DNA of 64,000 nucleotides from positions 7,923,677 through 7,987,676 of the forward strand of contig CM082592.2 in the NCBI GenBank assembly GCA_040954595.2, given 5' to 3'. Made by a program: the position numbers and the translations under genes. Below the pieces are notes generated by a model, which did not search any database, was not told the origin of the DNA, and saw only the letters and a program-made list of their open reading frames with translations. Numbering within the stretch: position 1 is the first letter of the stretch; each line of letters opens with the position of its first letter. This DNA comes from Balanoglossus misakiensis. Its lineage: Eukaryota; Animalia; Hemichordata. This document shows positions 13,352-23,723 of the stretch, piece after piece.

Positions 13352-16300
13352 TTAGAAGTTGCCGAGCCTCTCCCCGTATTTGATTTTCTGGCCCGGTTCG
13401 ACACCGAAGTCAAAGTTCTTCGGCGCTTCAAATATCAGCACGATGGTGGATCCCAAGTTGAACTCGCCCAGGGGCTCTCCTTTGCGCATGGGGATTCCCT
13501 CCTCACGGTGTTTGCATAGCAGACTTCGGTCGTGGAAGCTGTTCTTGTTGAACTTACCAACCATGTTGGTAGCCAAACCCTGCAAAAAAAGTGCAACAGA
13601 AAAAAACAACCGCTTATATATACAGTAGATAGTAGTATAGTAGATTGGTACACATTGGTTCTGCAAAAAAAGCAGAACGCCCCAATCCCCAGCAAAATAG
13701 ACACAGAAGTCGCTTCGTGCTCACCGAGTCGCAGTAGACCTTGATGGAGCCCACGTTGGTCGCGCCGACAGCAGCCATGGAGAAGAAGCCATGCTTCCAG
13801 TTCCCGTACAGCACCACCCTCTCGTTGTAGTTGAACAGTCCTTTGATCCAGCGGACAATGCCAGGTGACACCGAGAACAGTTCACCTGAAAATAAACATT
13901 GCATGATTTAGCGCCACTATTTCTGAATTCTGGGTGCTTTTGCACATCTGCGGCAAGCGTATTCCCATTTTGATTGCAGACAGCTGCACACTGCAACCAG
14001 AAGTATTAAATCTTGTGGCAAGGCCTAAAATAGCTTTTCACTCGGTGTGACAGAGAACAGTCACCCACCTGGAAAGTGCCTCCTGTGTGAGATCTGCCAG
14101 TCTGCTGGCGAGTGGAAGCGGTGATAATCTCCGGGCGCAAGGTACACGATGCAATGGTACAAGTCGTTGCCGGGTTGCAAAGCGAACGACTTGTGATAAT
14201 CCTCATCTGAAACCTGAAATGGAGTAGTGATGGTTAGATTTGTATTCGCATTTATGAAACTGAGAAAAAATTTCAGATCAAACCTTTTGTAAACTACATA
14301 CCTAGAATTCCTGTAAAATTTTTACTGAAGGATTTAGTCAGTGATTTACCTCTACATCTGTGAGGCAGTCCGCCCCAGTCGTATTGTTGTTCTCCGACCA
14401 AGTGTTCGGTCCCAGGAAGATTTTCAGAGAATACGACACACCTTTGACCTGCTCAACGTGGCTTCTTTCGACTCTCCCGAAATGTAATATTTTGCCGTCG
14501 GACGGGCTAACCTGCAAAGGCACACACGGAGCAAGTGTGAATTAAATGAGCATACACACAGCAACAGTGAAGATATGAGAGAGTGTGAAAAGTATAGCTA
14601 TAGTTCATATTGTAGTGTTGGTTGTGGTAGAAGTAGTGTGTGTAAATCTAGCCAGGTGACATGACAATGTATATACAGAAGGTCATGTTACCATGGATAC
14701 ACAGATTCTTCCATTCACAGACACGTGGATGTGGTAAACCCTTATTTTGTGTGAAAAACAGATCTGCGACATGTGTTATAAGATCTAAACTACTCTGTTT
14801 AAAGAAAATCATCGGTATGCATAATTTGCTGAATGTAGCCATCACCTAAAATAATGAAAATGTTCTTTTACAACACAAGAAGAACAAAGACAAAAATCAT
14901 AAGCCGCATGCCACCATGATGACCAGGAACACATCAATCATATACGGGGGGAAGTTGAGGGGGGGGGGGGGGGGGGAGGATGGGGCTCGTTCGCATAAAT
15001 TTACAGCGCGTCAATGGCTTTTGGGGGCATTCTTACACATGTCTGCACACACAACACACTTCTGTTATAACATTCCAACCTTTGGACATGGATGTTGTTA
15101 CAGACACAATGCATTCACTCTTACACAAGACGCCAATGTGACTGAAGAGGTATGGTGACCTGCCTTTGAGTTCAATGGCCTTTTATTCCCCCCTGGGCAA
15201 TGACCGGGTCTTTGCTATTGTCATTCGTGGAATCTGAAGACAAGTTAAAACACAACAACTCACTACGCGCATGCTTGCCCAATCTTATCAAATGAAAAAC
15301 AGCGTCAAGGCCACTGTGCTCCCATTTAATCAGAAATGGTACATTCGTGTATGCAATACAATCAGAGGTACTTTCTCAAGTAGTTATGCGAGTTTTCGAC
15401 TTTTTTACCAGTTTAACGCTGTTCCAGTCATGTCTACATTTTTGGCAGTGACAACTAAGTCCCACCTGCATTCTAACACGCACCTACAAAACAAAGATCA
15501 TAACACATACGTACGTACAGACAGACAGACAGACATACCAGCTACCAACTGACACCACAAACTCCACTGGTGTACGTATACCAAATGGGAGCTAAAAATC
15601 TCTGTGGTTTATAGTGACCAAAGCTCCAGGGCCATTACATAAAATCTGCCGCAAAAACATGACAAGACAAGTTTCAATGATATTAACATCGTCTGAAACA
15701 GCGGGCAAAACCCTGAGGGTCTATCTGAATGTTGCATGCACCGCACACCACTCAGGGATGTAGAAAATTTTCGCTACAGCTGGCAAAAATAAAAATAACA
15801 GCTAGTTATAGTAATAGCCACATGCACATATATATATCTGTAAATGTGCCTGGTATTCTGAACTTCTCTTTTTTATAGCTAACGAATTTTCGCCAAGAGC
15901 AGTTTATTTTTGGTCGGCTGCCAGCTGTTTTCTACATCCCTGGCTACTGTACAGTAATTCATTAGTGAGACTGCTTGCGTCTGAGTTTTTCGATGTATAA
16001 AATTCAAAAAGGATATTCTGGCTGAAAGCTCAATATTTCATTTTTCACAAGCAAGTGCAGTGTTTTGACTGGTGGAGTTGGGAACGCAGTACTCCTCGCT
16101 CACTCTCGACAAAGGCGGAATATAAAAAGCATTTGCCACGAGATATTTGCCCCGTGGCACATCACCACACGTATGCAAAGTACAGTACCTGGTCTCGAGG
16201 TCTTCCCTCACTGTACTCGGAATGGGCCGGTGGTTCACCAAGCTATTGTTGTCTCAACAGTATGCAAGTGAGCTAGGCCTCAATGACAACTGTGAAACAC

Positions 16301-19300
16301 AACCCATCCATCGGTCTTATCAGCTCGGTCGCTTGGTGTGCCAATCCACTCCTTTCAAAATTCGTCAAAAGCAACGGAAATTTATGGCATGCAAGGTTGA
16401 TTGCTTTTTGAGTAACGACAGCGCAGTAAAAAAATTCTATAGCCATCCTTCTTTTGAAATCAAGAAAGCTCCACTGACTTCCGACCTGCCAGGTCATCGC
16501 TTAGCAAAATTCAGTTTTATCTTTAAACATCAACCCCCTGGGAATATTTTTGAATCAAATTCACACAGACTATTGCATATTTAGGAGACGCTGCAAACGA
16601 CTTCAATGAAAAAAGATAATTTGTTATGTAAACAAAACATTCTTGAATAATAGGCAGAATGCATTTCGGACAATTGAAAATTCCTTTACATTTCTACACT
16701 GTGACACAAACCCACTGTTTTCATTTATTAGGATGGACTGACACACTATAATAGGGGGTTACCCCATTTCTCTCAAGTGCTTCAAGTTTATTATAGACAA
16801 ACTATGGATTTATACCAAAGCATGGAGGTGAAATGGTTTTACAAACAGTTTGATAAAACTTTCATTTCGTACCATTCATTCATCACAAAAATGTACTTAT
16901 ATGCGCAGGATTTCAGCCTAGAAGCATGCAGTAAGCCCCCAAAACAAAACAGACGTCAATTTCACTACATGGAGTCAGCATGATGTCAAAAGCTTGTGTC
17001 AGCGCTGCACATAAAATGGGCGAGAAGTCATGACGATAAAACATACATGATACATTACAGCTGCTCACCCCCACCCTGATACCCCCCCCCCCACCCCCTT
17101 ACATACATGTACACTACATTTAATTCGACATAAACCAAACTAGGGTGGTTTACTACGCAAAGATTTCTAGTGAAAAGAGTAACCCGGATAACTTACCACG
17201 CAGTGATCTTTGTCCACCGGGCGCACGCTCGGCTTCAGTTGCCTTCGGAAAAACTCTTGTAAATTTCTGTAATATTTCAGGTCTTCAATGGCTGCTTCGG
17301 CTACGTTGCAATTGAACAGCCAGACGTAGAGTTGGTAGATGGGTAGCCTCAACAGCTTAGGCACTTCGACGTTGTTCACCTGTCCCCAGAGCCGAGACAG
17401 AAAGCGCAACGGGATCTTCCTATACAGGTTCAACTGTAGGTAATCGACATCAGAGAAAAAGAACATGAGAAATGACTCAACGAAACCTGTTTACAGAAAA
17501 CACATTTCCAGATATACTTCAATACGAAACCAACATAAAAGAACCCTTCTTAGACACAGTTTAGAAAACTAATTTTCTCAGTCCCCTGACTGAAAAAAAA
17601 AATCAACAAACCCCACTTAGCAAGGTCTGTGATATGGACAAACAATTCAAAATAAAATACAGGAATTTACAGAATGAATAAAATAAATAATTTTTGGTAA
17701 CTCTCAGGTCATCTTACCCCCTGTTTATCCCCAGCTTTCAGAGCTATCAATATTTGTAACTGCTTGGCAGAGAGCGCCTGTTCAGAGCCAAGTTTACGCC
17801 TCCATCCTTTCAGGCCGTTCACAGACACTTTCAGAGCATGGTGACCGAGTTTCAGCCGTTTTGGTACCGGTAATCTAAGTCTAGCTGAAGTCACCCGACA
17901 GCACAACTTGGTCGCAGCTGACAACGGTTTCCTCAGAATTTTCATTTTAGACAGTTCCAGAGGACGAAATCACATTATAAACATCAATTTATGTGCGTCA
18001 AACACTGTATCACGAAGGGTCAAAAATAGTCCTACATGACGCAAACTATCAATGACCGATTGTTCACAATCGCAGCAGCACACGCAATAACACAGTATAT
18101 TTTTAGTTTGTGATGATTGTAGCCCCAACTTCTATGAGTATCACCCACACATCATTACCATACAATGAGACACTAACATATTGCCCATGCATAAGAAAAC
18201 AATCATCCACTGAAATATTTTTATTTTCTCTTGAAATTTTGCGACTTGATAATACCACCAGCTTCAACACATCAATATAATATGCTCCAGAAATCATTGA
18301 TTCGACACCTGCTTGAGCGAATTGAAAATTTAAATTTCTACCACAGATGCTGTCCCTCCCGTGGGAAAAATGGTGCGTTCCAAAGCAAACCTGTTCTTGT
18401 TTACTTCCAGCTGAAATGCACGATGGGTAAAATGTGACATCAGGTGATGTATGACACCAGAACGTCTGATCCAGAGGCCATTAATTATGCAGCTGATGCT
18501 GCATGCATAATTAATTTGCTGCCTGCACACTCCATATCGGTCTCAATGCTGCAGATTCAAGTTTGTTTCAATGAGAGAGTTAAATTTTCTAGATTTTCTC
18601 ATTTTTAAATTGTCAAATCTGACTTTGTCAAGAACAGAAGTATAACACAAACTTTTTTTCATGCAGCATATGAAAAGGTACATGTAAGAAGTCTATTTCT
18701 CAAGGGCAGTTTGGTTTCAATTAAGGAAGTTGAAATACGTAAACCTTTGCCAGAGTGGACCCATGTGATCTGTGCATCATATTTTCTGACAACAATCACA
18801 ATAGACAAAAGCGAGCCAATTGAACTTTGTACTCTGGTGGTTGCAAGGGGAAAAGCAACTAGGGAGTGTGGGCTTTCAAAGTAGCATGAGCAATGTCTTC
18901 CATAGGTCCACTTGTATAAAAAATACAAAAACTTGAATAAAAAAAAACATGGAAACACTGAATTCCTCAGAAAGCAAAAACAAGCCTTTTTTTACTTGTC
19001 TTTTTGATTAAAAGCTACAATTTTGATTATCCACACCCTCAATTCTCGATTTACAGACACAAGATTGCAAGATCTCCCATTTTCAGATAATTCTACCACT
19101 TAAGAAAGTTTTTCACAGACAACACAGCAAAAAAGTCAGTATTCTCCAACTTATATTTACAGATTTTATAAATCAGATGCCACGCCCCACAAAAACAAAT
19201 GAACAACTAGCGAGTGGTACAGGAATTTGAAAGTGGGGGCTAAATCGAAATCGTGTTTTAAAATTTTTCATCGATCCAACATGATGATGGAAGGCAGTCA

Positions 19301-21961
19301 TTTACTGTCAAAATCATGCCCAAAATCTCAGCAAATTAGCTTTTATGCAGTTCCAGAAGCCACAAGTCAGTGAAAAGTCCCGACTCTCGCTTTCCGTGCG
19401 CATCGCATCAGGACGCCGGATGGTAATCGATTGCCTCCTTCAAGGCTCAACACAAACAATGTTCATATGGGGGTTTATCTGCTGGGGGGGGGGGGGTGCT
19501 AAAAGATCCGTTGCTGGGTTAATTCCCCCACACCCTATACAGCTACCGAGTATTTTACGACTATATACAACCAGTGAGAGCATCGACCCCCTCTCTATTA
19601 GGTATAAAAGGCTAGCCCCTCGTCGGAAATTTCCACAGCAGAAAGAAGTCTCCAGAATGTTTTTTAGTAGAATGCGAACGAGTGTGTTAGAAAAATCACA
19701 AGAATGTTGAGTTTAGTACATGCTTATAAGACTATGTGGTTAGATTATTGAAAGAAAACTACAAAAAATCGCAAACAAGAAAAGTATACTAGTATTTGAA
19801 ATCGCGAACCTGTATTCGAGACCATTCCCACAAGTTCCATATCTTCAGTACAAGGACTGTTGGCAACACGCTCGTCAACGTAACGACGACTGTCCACAGG
19901 TCGGGGAAAATGTACTCGATTAGCGATAGTAAAGTCATTCTCGTGTGCTCATATAGTTAACCCATTCGCGAAAACTATCAACAATTCCGAAAACGTTTCC
20001 CGAAAGAGCAGCTATCTAAGCACATCAACACCACAGCGGCACAACCTCCCCCGACTACGTGAAACGGACGTGTGTTGATGCAATGTACAGTACCAAGCCT
20101 CCATTACACCACTCCGGGGGCGCACTCTCATATCGATAAATCTGCTCTTCACATGTGCGCGCAGTGTCATACTACAAGCAGCGTCACAAAAAATGTACAG
20201 CAGTTTGCTGCGACTGACTTTATATTCTCCGATCGACTTGGCGGTTAAAACATTTTAATAGATCTTTGCCACGTTCTTTGCATGGAAACGGCTTCCAAAC
20301 AAGACACAGAAGAGCGATCGCCGCTTTGTTTTGCTTCCACTTACACTGTGCATGTGGTGTACATTTTCTATGCCCGAACTACGGGGCCCGGGGGCGCTCT
20401 CACCGGCACCATTTCCCCTGCGCCCCCCCCCATATGCTTCTGTTTAATACGTTTTGTACCACACACTCCATGACTTACAACTCACAAAGATGTTAACATT
20501 TATTGTAAAAAAAATTCTATAGTCTATAGCATATTCAAGTGTCCTGTATTCAGTCTATCAACAATGTAGCCTGTATTAGGCTGTATATACGACTACTATC
20601 TACTAGTATCTCTACAATAAGTTTGATGGGTTCAAGTGATTTCCTTTTGAAGATACCATGACCCCACATCCTATATCACACACTTTGCATCCCTGCATCC
20701 TGACATTAGTATTTGTGACATCACAACAATTTGCAGGGGAGATATAACACTCACTGATAAAAGATTTCAGGTCACCACACCTAAAAATGACCAGGTATTT
20801 CTGAAACGCAAATGCACAATTTAAACTGACCTGCCACTCAGTTGCCAGAAGATCTTCAGGATCTTCTATTTTCTGTATTTTTTTCCTCTCTCTCTCCCGG
20901 ATGTGTCCGTACTGTTGATAGCATATGTACGCAAAGCCCACACCCAGTGGGATAGGAACCCATTTGAGGGACGACGCATATCTTCTCAGACTGTGCGCCG
21001 ACCTAAGTATCCAATTTGATGACCTATAAGACCCTGAAAAGTTAAAAAGTTTTTTTCCTCTGATTTCTGAGGACTTTTTGAGGTTGAGATCATTGGTAAG
21101 TACGCTACATCATAATACATGACACCCATGCACTCCCAAAATGACCACAAAATACTTCAGTCAACATTTTGGCAAGGATTACAAATTTTGGTACTGACAC
21201 AATCTGATCAGTTATGTGTAACTTCTTGCATATATAAAGTGAACTGACTGTTGACCACAGTCCAAAGGTGGAGTACGTGGAATTTGCACTGAGTGGGTGA
21301 CTGCAGGACAGTGGAGTTTGTACAGAGAGGGCAAGCAACAATAGAGTTTACAAACAGGTCGCTGACTTGTGCGTGACAGTATACCTCATTAGGGGCAGGG
21401 CTAGACTGAAATATTCAGTTGTGTCTGGGCATTTCTCCAACTTGTGCCCCATGACAGGAATCAGACAGTGATCAATACCTACCACTGCAGCATCTGACTG
21501 ACTGATAAGTAACAATGCGAGTTCTGGTTTTGGGGGTCGTTCTCAGACTGACAGACAAGGCACTGGGAGCGTTTCCTGTGACGAGGCTGTGGAATTTCTC
21601 ATTGTAGTTGAAAGATCTCCTGCAAATAGAGAAACGGTATTAAGAAAGAGTGCAATTAAAATGCTGTTCTGACATGACATGTGAACAAGGGATGGTAAGG
21701 TTAGCCCTCTACGTTCACTGTTCTGGTGCGCGTGCACGTGCATCGGATAGAAACACAACATTGAACACGTGCGATCACTTATCACCCTGCTGCTGCAAAG
21801 CTCTCAGCGGCCAGTCGCGAGTTTTCAGTCAAGACGCATTCGCGACTGGTGCGGGACTTAGAATTAGGGTCTATTTTTTCAATGACATAGTTCAATTAAA
21901 ATATTCTGTCTGCTAAAACTTACCTGACGAAGGATCGCCCAATACCGATGGCAGTCGCCAT
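13352..21961 (-). CDS. PISD: Phosphatidylserine decarboxylase proenzyme, mitochondrial-type, 8 exons, ~436 aa
   Basis: Exons: 21961-21924, 21619-21483, 21033-20831, 17433-17197, 14511-14350, 14213-14069, 13885-13725, 13579-13352, phase-consistent. Arg/Ser-rich presequence-like N-terminus, hydrophobic [43 protein letters not shown] and the autocatalytic FNLGST motif. Confidence 0.95.
15753..15942. mobile_element. ~190 bp MITE-like element in PISD intron 4
   Basis: Perfect 15-bp terminal inverted repeats CAGGGATGTAGAAAA / TTTTCTACATCCCTG, plus internal inverted CAGCTGGCA / TGCCAGCTG. No clear target-site duplication. Confidence 0.7.
17718..17945 (-). CDS. PISD: Putative alternative N-terminal coding exon of PISD (76 codons)
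   Basis: [36 protein letters not shown]...GDKQG ends exactly at a GG|GTAAGA donor in phase 0, matching the phase-0 acceptor of the exon starting at 17433. Plausible upstream acceptor at 18005/18004. Confidence 0.65.
19780..20430 (-). promoter_or_regulatory. Putative internal PISD promoter with short non-coding exon ending at 20345
   Basis: CpG-rich patch in an otherwise CpG-poor intron, two GGGGGCGC motifs (20109-20125, 20385-20400), and a minus-strand GT|GTAAGT donor at 20345/20344. Confidence 0.4.
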
Positions 21962-22221
21962 GTTTGTGCAGATTGTCACATCCACCATGAACTTTGACCG
22001 CAACTGGATCGACCCAGCATTCAAACATTGAACACTTGAGGCGCTAGTCTGCATCACTAATATTCCATGCATTTTATTCCAGATTTGAAAACTACATATA
22101 TATATGGGGTGCGTAATAAATGCTTTAAAAGAAAGAGTGGTGCTATCTCTTAATAATGTAGAATGATATTTTGACGTCGAAAATTAATATATTCAGGTGA
22201 CGCGCTTTCCGGTCGGTGTCT

Positions 22222-22445
22222 TCATATTCTTGGTTTACTGGTTGGTGGGTGCCCAATCATAGATGCTGGTAAATCATGAAATATCACTTTTATTCTGTAT
22301 AATAAAGAAAAATTAAAAATGACATTTATCAATTTAAATTACATTTTGGGGGACATATTCCTTCAGAAACATCTTCAAACTGTACACGACGAGTCGTTAT
22401 CATTCAAAGTTCGGTTAGAGTGTGGGTCTCTGGCGACAAACTACA

Positions 22446-22500
<55 letters not shown>

Positions 22501-23265
22501 TATTCTCATTCACCTGTCGGAAGAAAGACCCGTCTTCGCCGTCAAAAACTTGAAGATGTCACCGGCAAACTGCTGATTTTTCTCCGGTGCCAATCTGTCG
22601 CTAACGATCACCTGGACAACCATGACTGGGCCAACACTTCCACCGCTGCAGATGAGTTGGTCGGTGTGCGCCACCACCGTTACTCTCTGAATATGCATGA
22701 AATAGCAAACATATGCACAATAGGACAAAGCCCGTCTGGGAGCAGAGCGACTCAAACTACAGTACAGGTCCTTCATCCTACCAGCTAATTGTATGCCTAT
22801 TCATTTAGTGAATCTACGTGCCAGAACATGTACATGTACCGCTCTTTTAATTAATTTAAAATAAACGGTGCAGGCTATTTTTGCTTGTCACGAAATCATG
22901 CATTTCCGTCGACGTCGCTTTTTATCCGACGGGGGCCATGTCCCGGCCAATTTGTTTCTATTTGAAGAAAAAAATAATATTTCCACAACGAAGTCAGGCT
23001 ACTAGTAAGTGAATTGGTAACGTCGCCATGGTCGCCTGATATTGCATTGTGTGATATCTTCGCGTATTTATATAAAGTAAAATGCACCGAGACTAACAAC
23101 GTAAAAATACACTTTCGCTGTAAAAAAAAAAAAGCAGACTAATTGATACCCACTTACCCTTTTGGGCTTATCAAAGATTCTAGCCAGAAGATCTGTGACG
23201 TCAGACAAAAAGTCACTGGAAAGCATTTCTTTCGGTAAACTTGTGGTGATAGTACACAAAGGCAT
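22222..23265 (-). CDS. MIF-family tautomerase, divergent D-dopachrome tautomerase (DDT/MIF-2)-like, 3 exons, 117 aa
   Basis: Exons: 23265-23158, 22686-22514, 22294-22222. Protein MPLCTITTSLP...IFDKPKRRVTV...IFKFLT...RIKVIFHDLPASMIG. Pro1 and Lys32 are present, and the first two exons are 108/173 nt as in MIF genes. Confidence 0.85.
22446..22500. repeat. (GAT)n trinucleotide microsatellite in intron 2 of the DDT-like gene
   Basis: About 18 perfect GAT units; produces the poly-Met ORF. Confidence 0.97.
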
Positions 23266-23723
23266 TTTGGCGTGACTCTAAAGCGGTATATCGACGAACG
23301 CAGTGGTGGGTAATCTATATTTGATTTCTGATTCGCTTTCAACCAACCAGAATCATGAGTTTGCAAGGTTAAATATAGATCAAAACGTTTATTTCAAGAG
23401 CGCCTAGTCGCCAATCAAATATAGCAGAATGGCATTAATTATTTATTGACAAAATGTAGGCCTCCAATACAGCAATATCTTAGTTAATATCTTAACATAA
23501 ACATGCAAATCAAAATTCAGATAAACTCAAGTTTGTGTTCTATTTCGTACGCGTAAGGTGTAGCATTTCTCTTTTTTTTTTTCAACTATTGGGGGCGCTA
23601 ACAACGACTCTGAATCGAGGCTGCAGTGTGACGTCAGACCGACTGTTCTGTCGTCGGCCTTCTCTTGCAAGTTCAGCAGCTACAGACGTGCAACTCTGTC
23701 GATAATCTGTCTGTGTTTGTCAA
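23266..23723. promoter_or_regulatory. Divergent promoter of DDT-like gene/aldolase, with probable non-coding aldolase exon 1 ending at 23723
   Basis: CpG-rich region, full CRE TGACGTCA at 23629-23636, CTCF-like motif at 23585-23600, and an AA|GTAAGT donor at 23724. The aldolase ATG exon begins with a splice acceptor at 27758/27759, so an upstream exon is required. Confidence 0.55.

Noticed and set aside
14946-14985. Poly-G tract with G-quadruplex potential (similar G/C runs near 17083, 19484, 24105, 32807, 52395, 52920)
   Set aside because: Simple homopolymer runs scattered across the window with no evidence of specific function.
22343-22440. Nearer candidate third exons for the DDT-like gene (e.g. 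SLKMFLKEYVPKM*)
   Set aside because: They give truncated, non-homologous ends; the exon at 22294-22222 restores MIF-family sequence and length.
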